Origin: a virus
Taxonomy: Duplodnaviria; Caudoviricetes
IMG/VR virus record: IMGVR_UViG_3300044708_000083
Span: 1-43,470 of that record
Strand: one strand, 5' to 3'
DNA length: 43,470 nt
Under the pieces are notes generated by a model that did not search any database, was not told the DNA's origin, and saw nothing but the letters and a program-made list of their open reading frames with translations. Below, piece after piece: positions 34,561 through 43,430 of the stretch. The first letter of the stretch is position 1, and every line of letters begins with the position of its first letter. A program made the position numbers and the translations under genes.

Positions 34561-35772
34561 TCAACCTGTTTCGTTTGGTTCGATATCGAACTCGACAAAG
34601 CGCGGCGTCACCGCCGGCCGTTTGTCTCTGACCGGCACCAGCGCGGTGCCGGGATCCGTCATCGTCACGAGGTCGGCCCAGTTCGCCGGTTTCTTAAGTT
34701 TAAGATGCCGCAGCGCCTTCTCAGCCCGCGGCGGGCTCACCGGTTTGATGACGTAACGGTCCTCGAGCGGCAGGCCGTCGAGCGCATCGATCGCGGCAAC
34801 CTCGTCCACCCAGCGCCTGCGGCCGAGCTTGTCGACCAGCTTCCAACCGGGAATTTCCTGACCGTGGTCGGCGACCTGTTTGGCATGCACACGGCATCCG
34901 TGGATCCAGGTGTCGATGATGTCGGCGGCGCTCAGCACCCGGCCCAGCTCCTCGAGCGTGAGCCCCGTGGGCACCGGCAACGGATGGTCGAAATCGCCGG
35001 GGGCGGGCGCCGTCAGCGCCGGCTGGCCGGGGTCCACGATGTCGAAATCAATCCCGGCGGCCTCGAGGGCCGCCGCGCGCAGCGCCGGGCAGTCGCCCCG
35101 GGCCCTGCAGAACGCGCAATGATCGCCGGGGACGAGTGGCGCGTCTGGCCGGGTCGCGGCCTCGGCGATGTCGATCAGGTCGGCGGCGAGGTTCTGGATG
35201 TCGGCCAGATCCATCACCGTGGTCTGAGCCGGGCCCAGACGGGGCTGGGACACGCACAGCTCGACCGAGGTGATCACGCTGGAGATGTCGACGGGCAGGC
35301 TGTTGAGAGCGCCGAGGGCGTAGCCGCCGAGCTGGAAATTGACCCGGCCATCCGGCCGGCGGATCGGCACCGGGTGGCCGGCGCCGGTCTTGAGGTCGCC
35401 AACCCACGCGCGCGGAGGGTTCAGCACCACGGCGTCGGCGGTGCCCCAGTATAATTCGTGCAGGGCCTCGAGGTGGAACGCCTGCTCGACCAGCAGCTGA
35501 CCGCCGAGGCGGCCGTGCGCGGAACGCACCTCGGTCAGCCACGGCTCGAGGATGTCGGCGCCCTCGGGGTCGTCGGGAATGAACTCGGCGGCACCGACGC
35601 CGCGCAGCAGGCACTCGGCGCCGGCCGCGTGCAGTTCCGTGCCGCGCTTCGCGTATTGGCTGGGGGTATCGGGCCGCCCGGCCTCCATCCGCATCGAGCC
35701 GGGACAGCAGTACCGCCGCTCGAGGACGGACATCCCGAGGGCGCTGTGGCCGCGCGGCGCGGGCGTGTCCAC
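34561..35772 (-). CDS. DUF2800 PD-(D/E)XK (Cas4-like) exonuclease
   Basis: HS.LG.S...R...CPGS, GT.LH, WGTAD, DLKTG.G, QL..YALG, C.FC.A...C, GWKLV. Confidence 0.88.
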   Translation of the reverse strand: MDTPAPRGHSALGMSVLERRYCCPGSMRMEAGRPDTPSQYAKRGTELHAAGAECLLRGVGAAEFIPDDPEGADILEPWLTEVRSAHGRLGGQLLVEQAFHLEALHELYWGTADAVVLNPPRAWVGDLKTGAGHPVPIRRPDGRVNFQLGGYALGALNSLPVDISSVITSVELCVSQPRLGPAQTTVMDLADIQNLAADLIDIAEAATRPDAPLVPGDHCAFCRARGDCPALRAAALEAAGIDFDIVDPGQPALTAPAPGDFDHPLPVPTGLTLEELGRVLSAADIIDTWIHGCRVHAKQVADHGQEIPGWKLVDKLGRRRWVDEVAAIDALDGLPLEDRYVIKPVSPPRAEKALRHLKLKKPANWADLVTMTDPGTALVPVRDKRPAVTPRFVEFDIEPNETG

Positions 35773-35774
35773 GG

Positions 35775-36281
35775 TCAGACCGAGGCCGCCGTGACGATCG
35801 CCTCCGCCGCCGCCCAGATCGCCGGCCACGTCTCCGGCGGGCACTCGTTGAGGCGGGAACGGCCGCCATGCTCCTTGAGCAGCGCCACCACGCCGTTGAT
35901 TTTCGCGGGGTGGACGGCGTTGAGCCTCGACAGCAGGGCCCGCAGATCCGCCTCCTGGGGGATCTCGATCGCCGGGGCCGGCGGCGTCTTGCCGTTGCCG
36001 TCGGCGGCCTTCGCTCGCGCCGCGCGCGGGCTGGCCGGGGGCGTGGGCCTGCCGGCGACCGGCTCCGGTGCCGGTGCCGGTGCCGGATCGGGCGGCGGCG
36101 GCGACGGCTCCGGGGCCGGCGCGCCGTCATTGACGCCGGTCGCCACGTCCATCGCGGCGACCGCGCCCGCGAGGACCGGTTGCCGGTTCATTTCGCGCCG
36201 CATCAACAGCGACACGAAATCCTCCGGCATCAGCTCAAACTCGAAAGTAACGTCGACGCGAGCCTTCACGGTATTACTCAA
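35775..36281 (-). CDS. Hypothetical replication-module protein
   Basis: Pro-rich linker plus small helical C-terminal domain; usual position upstream of DUF2800. Confidence 0.65.
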   Translation of the reverse strand: MSNTVKARVDVTFEFELMPEDFVSLLMRREMNRQPVLAGAVAAMDVATGVNDGAPAPEPSPPPPDPAPAPAPEPVAGRPTPPASPRAARAKAADGNGKTPPAPAIEIPQEADLRALLSRLNAVHPAKINGVVALLKEHGGRSRLNECPPETWPAIWAAAEAIVTAASV

Positions 36282-37612
36282 GCGACTTCTCCCAATACGG
36301 TATTGATGACATGACGCTTGCGCGCCAGTACTTCAGCGACCCGCGCGTCCACTGAGCGCGGCACGTTCAGGATCGAGCTGTGGACCGGGCGCGCCTGCCC
36401 GGCGCGATACAACCGGGCGACCGCCTGGGCGTGCCCGGCCGGGGTCCAGTCCGTCTCGAGGTGGATGCAGCGGCGCGCGGCCTGCAGGTTCAGCCCGACG
36501 CCGCCGACACGGATGCCGGTGATCAGCAGCCGGGAGGTGCCCTCACTGAACCGGCGGACAATTCCGTCGCGCACCCGCTGCGGCGTGTCGCCGATCAGCA
36601 GCAGCGGGCCGTGCCGCGCGCAGTGCGCGGCGATCAGCTTCAGCGCCTCGACGTGGACGCCGAACAGCACGACGCGATCGGCACCGCCCTCCAGCTCCGC
36701 GTTGATCAGCGCGACGGCGGCCTCGGCCTTGGCCAGGGCCAGCAGCCTCCGCGTGGTCATCAGCGGCAACAGCATCGCGTTGAGGCGCTGCCACGCGGCC
36801 TCGATACCGCCCTCCAGCTGCGTGAGGACGACATGCAGCTCACGCGCCGTGCGCGGGTCGATCGAGGCCTCGATCGCCTCGCGGTTGGCCCTGGTGATCT
36901 CGACGGCGATCGTGTCCTCGAGCAGCGGCGGCAGATCGGCGACGTCGGCCAGCGCCAGCCGGGACGAGCAGCGCCCGAGGATGCCGCGCAGCTCGACCAG
37001 ATTGCGCCCGCCGACGACCACCTCGCCGTAGGGCTTGCGGGCCAGGATGCAGTAGCGCGACAGGAAATCGGCGCGGCGGCGCAGATCGGGCACGAGGTGC
37101 GGAAACAGCCGGGACAGGTGGCCGTGCAGCTCGTCGGGGCTGTTCAGGACGGGCGTGCCGGTGGCGATCCAGACACGGTCACACTTACGGTAGAGGGCGC
37201 CCTGAGAATTGTCCCGGGCGCCGTAGAACGCGTGGGTGCGCTGGCTCGAGGAGTGGCCGACGGCGTGCCCCTCGTCGCACACGCAGACGTCCCACTGGCG
37301 GGCGTAGAGCTGGCGCCAGATCGGCAGGCGGCGCATCAGGTCGTAGCTGACCACGACGATGTCGGGATCCCGGCGGATCACCTCGCGCCCGTTGCGGACC
37401 ACCTGGACGGTCGCATCGTGCCGCCAGCGGCGGATCTCCTCGAGCAGCTGCGGCACCAGCACGGCCGGCGTGAGCCAGAGGCACTGCCCGCCGACCTCAC
37501 CGGAGGCCACGATCAGCGGCGCGGTTTTGCCGGTCCCGGGATCCCACAGCAGCAGCCAGTGCCCCAGCACGAGGTCGAGGAGGACGGCCCGCTGGTGGTC
37601 CCACAGCCGCAC
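36278..37612 (-). CDS. SNF2-family (SF2) helicase
   Basis: DPGTGKT, DEGH, TGTP, GLNLQ, Q...R.YR.GQ. Confidence 0.92.
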   Translation of the reverse strand: MRLWDHQRAVLLDLVLGHWLLLWDPGTGKTAPLIVASGEVGGQCLWLTPAVLVPQLLEEIRRWRHDATVQVVRNGREVIRRDPDIVVVSYDLMRRLPIWRQLYARQWDVCVCDEGHAVGHSSSQRTHAFYGARDNSQGALYRKCDRVWIATGTPVLNSPDELHGHLSRLFPHLVPDLRRRADFLSRYCILARKPYGEVVVGGRNLVELRGILGRCSSRLALADVADLPPLLEDTIAVEITRANREAIEASIDPRTARELHVVLTQLEGGIEAAWQRLNAMLLPLMTTRRLLALAKAEAAVALINAELEGGADRVVLFGVHVEALKLIAAHCARHGPLLLIGDTPQRVRDGIVRRFSEGTSRLLITGIRVGGVGLNLQAARRCIHLETDWTPAGHAQAVARLYRAGQARPVHSSILNVPRSVDARVAEVLARKRHVINTVLGEVA

Positions 37613-37828
37613 CTACCAGACCTCGTCCGACACCGGCTGCGGGGCGACGCGCCCCTGGTCGAGGATGTCGCGGACGACGGTACGCAGCACCAGGATGCGG
37701 TTGCTGATCCGCAACGACGGGATCCGGCCGGCGTCGATCAGGGAGTAGGTGGTGCGCTCAGAGATGCCGAGCGTGTGCGCGGCCTCGGCGACGGTCATGG
37801 TTTCCGGCACGGGCAGGGTGTGCGGCAT
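37613..37828 (-). CDS. Excisionase-like HTH DNA-binding protein
   Basis: MTVAEAAHTLGISERTTYSLIDAGRIP..RI..R; GGAGG RBS before ATG 37828. Confidence 0.8.
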   Translation of the reverse strand: MPHTLPVPETMTVAEAAHTLGISERTTYSLIDAGRIPSLRISNRILVLRTVVRDILDQGRVAPQPVSDEVW

Positions 37829-37902
37829 GCGCGACCTCCGGTTGCGAAGGCCCAGCGTGCCGCGTCGGCAACTCTTGCGCCAGTGGAAATCGGGCGGATC
37901 GC

Positions 37903-37993
37903 CGTGACAACGCAACTTCTGCCGTGATCGCGGAGTTACCGTTTGCGCGGCGCGGTGTTTTGGCTCAACGTGACAACGCATCTTTTGCCGTGA
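37903..37993. promoter_or_regulatory. Operator-like 25-bp direct repeats in the divergent intergenic region
   Basis: CGTGACAACGCAACTTCTGCCGTGA (37903-37927) vs CGTGACAACGCATCTTTTGCCGTGA (37969-37993), 23/25 identical. Confidence 0.7.
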
Positions 37994-38029
37994 CCAAGGC
38001 GAGCGTCGTCAACCGAACAGAGGAACCCC

Positions 38030-38521
38030 ATGACCGAGATCGCTACGCTGGAGCAGACCCCAACCAAAACCAGGAAAACCAAGGCACGGGCAAATCGCGG
38101 CTGGGCGCGAGATCTGCTGACCCGGTCGGGCCGTTCGCAGCGTGAGCTGGCGCAGGCCTGGGGCTGCTCCGACAGCAGCACATCGCGCTGGCTCGACGGT
38201 CAGCTCGAGCGTGGCCTGACATTCGCCGAGGCGGCCACGTTCTGCCGGCTGACCGGCGTGCCGATCGAAGAACTGGCCGCGCGCCTGGGACTGCCGACGG
38301 CCCGGCCCGTGCGGCTGGCGCCGATCAACGACCCACCCCTGCCGACAATTCGCATCACGCCAGCCGGCAAACACGGGCTGTGGCTGCTCCTCGCGCACAT
38401 CGAGGTCGGCACCGACGCCCTGGTCGGGATCACCAACGCACTGGACGACGCGGCGTCGAACAAGCGGGTGGAGCGCGCACGGCACAACGCGCTCACGGCA
38501 AAACTTGCGGAGCATGCCTGA
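38030..38521 (+). CDS. XRE-family repressor-like protein
   Basis: SQRELAQAWGCSDSSTSRWLDG...TFAEA..FC..TGV; divergent from the excisionase-like gene. Confidence 0.8.
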   Translation: MTEIATLEQTPTKTRKTKARANRGWARDLLTRSGRSQRELAQAWGCSDSSTSRWLDGQLERGLTFAEAATFCRLTGVPIEELAARLGLPTARPVRLAPINDPPLPTIRITPAGKHGLWLLLAHIEVGTDALVGITNALDDAASNKRVERARHNALTAKLAEHA

Positions 38522-38563
38522 CCGGCGCAGAGTTGCAATCCGAGCCGAGGGAGATACCGCGAG

Positions 38564-39028
38564 ATGTCGCTCAGGCAAAAAACCTACAACCCCGACGAGC
38601 GCGCGGCGCTGCTGCGCGGCGCGATCGGACACTGGGCCGGCGGCGCGGCGCGCTGGATGCTGCACACGGGCTGCTCGCGCGCGGAGGTGTGCCGGCTGCG
38701 CTGGTGCGACATCGCCGGCCTCGCGCGCTCGCACCCGCTGTACGCGGAATTGTGGACGCGCCGCCGCCGGGCCAGCGAAATCGCCACCCGGACGGGCGCG
38801 CCGCTGGCACTGATGCTGGTGTTCCCAAACTATTACGGCCAGGAAATGAACCCGACCACGTTGAGCGACCGGCTGCGGGAGATGCTCAACAGAGGCCGGG
38901 AGCTGAACGGCGACGGCGACGGAGACAGCAACGGGGGTGACGATGACAACGGATCAACCACGCTTCCGACGGGACAACACGCCAGGGGCGGACGACGCGG
39001 TGCTGGCGGAACTCAACCACCGGTTTGA
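38564..39028 (+). pseudogene. Degenerate tyrosine-recombinase-like ORF
   Basis: TYNPDE...LL, LHTGCSRAEVCRLRWCDI (Box I-like with catalytic Arg replaced by Ser) and LVFPN..G; no HxxR or catalytic Tyr box. Confidence 0.55.
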
Positions 39029-39167
39029 CGTCGCCTCGCGGGTCCGCGTCCTCCGGGATCTCGATCACCTCGAGGCGGCGATCCGCGACGATTGGGAAGC
39101 ACAGCGCAAGATCACGAACGCGTTCACCACCTATCTGGCCAAGGGAAACCGGGAAGACCTCGCGTGA
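38937..39167 (+). CDS. Small protein ending in a copy of the MCP N-terminal peptide
   Basis: C-terminal KITNAFTTYLAKGNREDLA vs MCP residues 3-21 KVTNAFTTYQAKGNREDLA; start GTG 38937 or ATG 38943; GTGA overlap with the next gene. Confidence 0.75.
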   Translation: MTMTTDQPRFRRDNTPGADDAVLAELNHRFDVASRVRVLRDLDHLEAAIRDDWEAQRKITNAFTTYLAKGNREDLA

Positions 39168-39454
39168 GCACTCGCGTGAGCAAGGCCCGACCGCTCGCGT
39201 GGGTATGCGACTGCGGCTACGAGGACGCCGCGTGCCCGGCCGGCAGAATACCCCACTTCGCGCCGGTCGACGGCGATCTGGCGCTCTGTAACGGCTGCGC
39301 GCTCCCGACGATCATGGACGGAGGCCGGTGGCGGCGGGTGAACCTGTTCGACTGGTTTGACCTGACGCTGTTTGAGCAAGTGGTGGTGGTGGACAAGATG
39401 CGGGTCCAGAAGCGACGCATCGAGCGGCGGAACGCGCGCACGAGGCACGCCTGA
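39164..39454 (+). CDS. Small Zn-ribbon-like protein
   Basis: CDC and CNGC motifs; overlaps both neighbouring genes. Confidence 0.65.
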   Translation: MSTRVSKARPLAWVCDCGYEDAACPAGRIPHFAPVDGDLALCNGCALPTIMDGGRWRRVNLFDWFDLTLFEQVVVVDKMRVQKRRIERRNARTRHA

Positions 39455-41892
39455 TGCCGGGGCCCGAGCCGCCGGCCGGCGGGCCGCCGAAGCCGGTGCT
39501 GGACGACGGCGCGCGTGGCACCCGGCTGGACGGCGCGGTGTCCCAGGCGTGGCTGGACGAGCCACGCTGGTGCTGCTGGGCCTGGGAGCCGGGCCGGCCA
39601 AGGCGGGACGGCAGCTGGAAGTGGGGCAAGGTGCCGAAGATGCCGGGCACGTCGTTTGGCCTGAGCGTCCGCACCGGACGCGGCACGACGGTCTACCGGA
39701 CGGCGCGCGAGAGCGTCGCGCGCGGCGACTGGGACGGCGTCGGCTGGGTCATCAAAGGCGACACGCTGCGGGTCTGGCTGGACATCGATCACTGCCGGGA
39801 TCCCGATACCGGCGTGATCGCACCGTGGGCGCTGGCGGTGATCGGCATGTGCGCCGGCTGCTGGATGGAGGTGACGCCGAGCGGCACCGGCCTGCGCCTG
39901 ATGGGCCGCGCCGGCCTGGATGTGCCATTCGGCGGCACCCTGGTGATGGCGGAATTTCTCGCCGCGCAGGATGCCGAGGGGTTGGCCGCGTGGGGCGGAT
40001 CGCGGGACTGCGCGCCGGGCGCGCAGATCGAGATCTACTTCGCGAACGGGCGGTTCGTGACGGTGACCGGCTGGGAGATGACGGGCGACCCGGAGGTGGA
40101 GATCGGCGGCGCGGCGATCGAGCTGTGGCTGTTGGCCGACCGGCAGGCGGCGCGGCGCCGCAGCGAGGGCGACATCAGGGCGCGCACCCACGCGGTCGGC
40201 CGGCCGCGCACGGCGGCGATCGAGGACGTGGTGGCCGCGCTGGGCGTCATGGAAAACGAGATGGAGCCGTGGGACGAGTGGTCGCGGGTCGGCATGGCCG
40301 CGCACGCGGCCAGCGGCGGCGACGAGGCCGCGCTCGAGGCGTGGATGCGCTGGTCGAGCCAATGCGAGCTGAAGCACGATGACGACGCCTGCCGCGAGCG
40401 CTGGGCGCACTGGATGACGTCGCCGTCCACCGAGCTGGGCTTCGGCACGCTGTGGTGGCTGGCGCGGCGCGCGGAACCGCACTGGGTGCAGCCCACGCGG
40501 CTGCGCTGCGACGAGTTCGACGTGGTGGCCGAGGCCGAGGCCGGCAGCGCGCCGATGCCGCCGCCGGGGCGGTCTGGCGTGCTGCTGTCGCTGCTGGCCG
40601 GCCGGGTGATCTACTGCCAGCGCCAGCACCGCTGGCTGGATCTCGAGACGGGCCTGCTGCTGGACGAGCCCAGGCTGCGGCTCGAGGCGCAGCGCCTCGG
40701 CATCGGCGGTGCCATGCTGGGCGGGCCGAAGAGTGTCGCGGCGCGCCTCGGGCGGGTCGACAGCGGCATGCGGCGCGTGGTGTCGCTGACCATGCGCCCG
40801 GGCGGCGCGCTGATCGTGGACGAGGACGGACAGCCGCACGCGAATGTGTGGCGGCCCTCACGGCTGGTGCCCGCCAAGGATGCCGGTGCGGCGGAGGCGG
40901 GCCCGTGGCTGGATCACGCGGAGCGGCTGATACCGGACGAGGGCGATCGGCGGCGCGTGCTGGATCGGATGGCCTGGGCACTGCAGCACCCGGGTCGCAA
41001 GATAAATTCCGCACTGGTGCTGCTGGGCGGCCAGGAGACAGGCAAGGACACGTTCCTGGTCCCGTTCTGGGCGGCGATCGGCGAACACAATCACATGATT
41101 GTCCAAGGCGTCGCCCTCGGCGGCGCGTTCAACTCGTATCTCGAGCGCGCGTGGCTGCTGGTGAGCGAGATGCCGCCGGCCAGACGGCGCGATGTTTATG
41201 AGGATATCAAGGGGTTACTGACCACACCACCCGACCATTTCCGCATCAACCGCAAGGGGATCGAGGAGTATCTCATCCCCAACATCATCAACGTCATCGT
41301 GACAACGAACCACGAGGGCGCCATCGCCCTGGCCGAGGATGATCGTCGCTTCGACGTGATCATGACCAAAGCGGCGGCCAGCGGCGATCCCGAGGACGTG
41401 GCGTCGTACTATACCGCGCTGCACTCCTGGTATCAGCGCGGCGGCAAGGAAGCCGTGGCGGGGTTCCTGTTGGGGCGTGACGTGTCGCTGTTCCGGCCAC
41501 AGTCGCGGCCGCCGGTTACGCCGGCCAAGGCGGCGATGGCGCGCGAAGGCGCGCACCCGGCGGTGGCCTGGGTGATCGGGCTCTGGGATCAGGGACGACC
41601 GCTGTGGAAGCGTAATTACGTGACCGTCGCGGAGCTGGTCGACAAGGGCCAGGGCGGCAAGTGGCAGGCCGGCGACGCGGTCGCCCGGGCCATGTCGTGG
41701 CAGCACGCGACGGCCGCGTTGCGGATGATCGGATGGGTGGTTCTGCCACAGCAAATCGTGGACGGAGACGGGCGTCCATTCGTCTGGACGCGACCCGGGA
41801 ACGTGGTGCTGGCGCGGCAGCTGACACCCCGCAATCTCTTTGAACAACTTGTCAGTGATCGCGGCAAATCCAGCACTCCTGAGTTTGACTGA
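39454..41892 (+). CDS. Primase-polymerase / PriCT-2 / SF3 helicase (NrS-1-like)
   Basis: DIDHC, E.TPSGTGL, PriCT-like W.RVGMA...W..WS, Walker A GGQETGKD, I.TTN, DRRF. Confidence 0.88.
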   Translation: MPGPEPPAGGPPKPVLDDGARGTRLDGAVSQAWLDEPRWCCWAWEPGRPRRDGSWKWGKVPKMPGTSFGLSVRTGRGTTVYRTARESVARGDWDGVGWVIKGDTLRVWLDIDHCRDPDTGVIAPWALAVIGMCAGCWMEVTPSGTGLRLMGRAGLDVPFGGTLVMAEFLAAQDAEGLAAWGGSRDCAPGAQIEIYFANGRFVTVTGWEMTGDPEVEIGGAAIELWLLADRQAARRRSEGDIRARTHAVGRPRTAAIEDVVAALGVMENEMEPWDEWSRVGMAAHAASGGDEAALEAWMRWSSQCELKHDDDACRERWAHWMTSPSTELGFGTLWWLARRAEPHWVQPTRLRCDEFDVVAEAEAGSAPMPPPGRSGVLLSLLAGRVIYCQRQHRWLDLETGLLLDEPRLRLEAQRLGIGGAMLGGPKSVAARLGRVDSGMRRVVSLTMRPGGALIVDEDGQPHANVWRPSRLVPAKDAGAAEAGPWLDHAERLIPDEGDRRRVLDRMAWALQHPGRKINSALVLLGGQETGKDTFLVPFWAAIGEHNHMIVQGVALGGAFNSYLERAWLLVSEMPPARRRDVYEDIKGLLTTPPDHFRINRKGIEEYLIPNIINVIVTTNHEGAIALAEDDRRFDVIMTKAAASGDPEDVASYYTALHSWYQRGGKEAVAGFLLGRDVSLFRPQSRPPVTPAKAAMAREGAHPAVAWVIGLWDQGRPLWKRNYVTVAELVDKGQGGKWQAGDAVARAMSWQHATAALRMIGWVVLPQQIVDGDGRPFVWTRPGNVVLARQLTPRNLFEQLVSDRGKSSTPEFD

Positions 41893-42170
41893 CCAAAACG
41901 GTGCAAGGTCATGAGGGGTTCGCGCGGGGTATACTTTGAAGGAAAGGATGCAGTGGGTGTCTATCTGTTTTCAATATCTTCAAGGTTACAAGGTTAAATG
42001 ATGATTGATGTGAGAGAAGGGGTAGAGGGAGGGTTAGGGCGTAAGGGTGAGGTGTCTAACATTGTTACTAACATTGTTAGATACTGCAGAACTACTACAT
42101 TTCTCTCCCTAAGGGTGAAAACTGGGGACAATTCGGAACTAACCTTTCACTTTGTAAGCGGGGCGATGTC
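41893..42170. other. AT-rich non-coding region, candidate lytic replication origin
   Basis: Abrupt drop in GC; CAAGGT(T/C)A repeats; tandem palindromes TAACA-T-TGTTA at 42057-42067 and 42069-42079. Confidence 0.5.
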
Positions 42171-42653
42171 GTGACGCGATCGTATCATGTCCTTGGGGTC
42201 GATCCGGGGCTCACCGGAGCGGTCGCGTTGTTGCTGATGCGGCACGAGTGGACCAGCCCCAGGCTGCTGTTTCGCTGCGGTGCGACAGAGCTGGACGCGG
42301 TTAAGATCGCGACGCGGATGGCCGACCTGATCGTGATCGAGCAGCAGCAGGCCAGCCCGCAGATGGGACGCGGCGGTGCGTTCATGTTGGGCCTGAGTGT
42401 CGGGATGATCGAGGGGGTGGTCATGGTCATGGCGCGGTGCGAGCCGATCCGGGTGATGCCTTCGGTGTGGCGGCCCGCATTCGGCATCGGTGGAGGGGCG
42501 GTCGGCAAGGAGGCCGGGTTGGTGCTGGCGCACCAGCTGCTGGAGCGCCCCGATGAGCGCGCGTTGATCGCGCGGCACGACGAGGCCGACGCGGTGCTGC
42601 TGGCGTGGTGGGGCTGGCGGCATGTGCTGCTGCCGGAACTGGAGACAGTTTGA
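42171..42653 (+). CDS. RuvC-like Holliday junction resolvase
   Basis: LGVDPGLTGAVA, VIE, P..W, DEADA.L.A. Confidence 0.8.
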   Translation: MTRSYHVLGVDPGLTGAVALLLMRHEWTSPRLLFRCGATELDAVKIATRMADLIVIEQQQASPQMGRGGAFMLGLSVGMIEGVVMVMARCEPIRVMPSVWRPAFGIGGGAVGKEAGLVLAHQLLERPDERALIARHDEADAVLLAWWGWRHVLLPELETV

Positions 42654-43117
42654 TGTTGAAACGTCGGGAGGAGGCGTTCGCCCAGGCGGTCGCGCGCGGC
42701 GCGACGGCCTCGGGCGCGGCGCGGGAGGCCGGCTACAAGGCGGGCAGCGCGGGCTGGCGGTTGATGAAGCGACCCGAGGTGAAGGCGCGCGTCGCGGCTC
42801 TGGGCGCGGCGATGACCGAGCATGCGGCGCGTGAGCTGACGCGCGTCGTGGTGCCGACGCGGGAGTTCGTGCTGCGGGAATTGATCGAGGTGATCCACGA
42901 CAGCAAGGCCGCGAGGGATCGGGGGAGCACGCTGCGGGGGCTGGAGCTGGTGGGCAAGGAGATCGGGATGTTCGTGCAGCGCAACATGCAGGTGGACAGC
43001 CCTTTGCAGCGCCTGCCGGCCGAGCGGCTGCTGGCCCTGTTGCGGCTGATCGAGGGCGTCGAGGCGCCGCAGCTGACGCTGGATGCCACCGTCGAGCCGA
43101 CGGACGAGACGTGGTGA
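42653..43117 (+). CDS. terS: Terminase small subunit
   Basis: E.F.....G.....AA..AGY......RL...P.V...V, VL.EL, LEL.GK..GMF; TGATG overlap. Confidence 0.8.
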   Translation: MLKRREEAFAQAVARGATASGAAREAGYKAGSAGWRLMKRPEVKARVAALGAAMTEHAARELTRVVVPTREFVLRELIEVIHDSKAARDRGSTLRGLELVGKEIGMFVQRNMQVDSPLQRLPAERLLALLRLIEGVEAPQLTLDATVEPTDETW

Positions 43118-43150
43118 AACCCCAGGACTTCCGCCGCTTTCATTTAGTTG

Positions 43151-43178
43151 AGTTGACATAATGTCCCTTCTGCGGCAA
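43151..43178 (-). other. dif-like XerC/XerD recombination site
   Basis: Minus strand TTGCCGCAGAA-GGGACA-TTATGTCAACT; XerD arm 9/11 to E. coli TTATGTTAAAT, XerC arm 6/11 to GGTGCGCATAA. Confidence 0.65.
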
Positions 43179-43192
43179 CGGGTCTTGAGCGA

Positions 43193-43205
43193 TATCAACG
43201 GGTTA
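43193..43205 (+). promoter_or_regulatory. IHF consensus site
   Basis: TATCAACGGGTTA matches WATCAANNNNTTR. Confidence 0.55.
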
Positions 43206-43259
43206 GCCTGCTTATATCCTGATGCCGTAACGTGTATCGGTATTGAGACGCCAAACGCA

Positions 43260-43341
43260 CACGCATTGGTTGCATGTATGCACGCACTGGTTGCATCGCC
43301 CGCTGCACGTGTCGGTTGCATGCACTCCACCAGCGGTTGCA
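43260..43341 (+). repeat. Phased GGTTGCA repeats
   Basis: GGTTGCA at 43268, 43289, 43314 and 43335. Confidence 0.8.
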
Positions 43342-43430
43342 GCGACCCCCCGGGGCGGGGGGTGCCGGGGGCGCGGCTCCGAAAAGGGGGCCCAACCCTC
43401 CCACCGGCCCAAATTCCACCAGCCCCCTCC

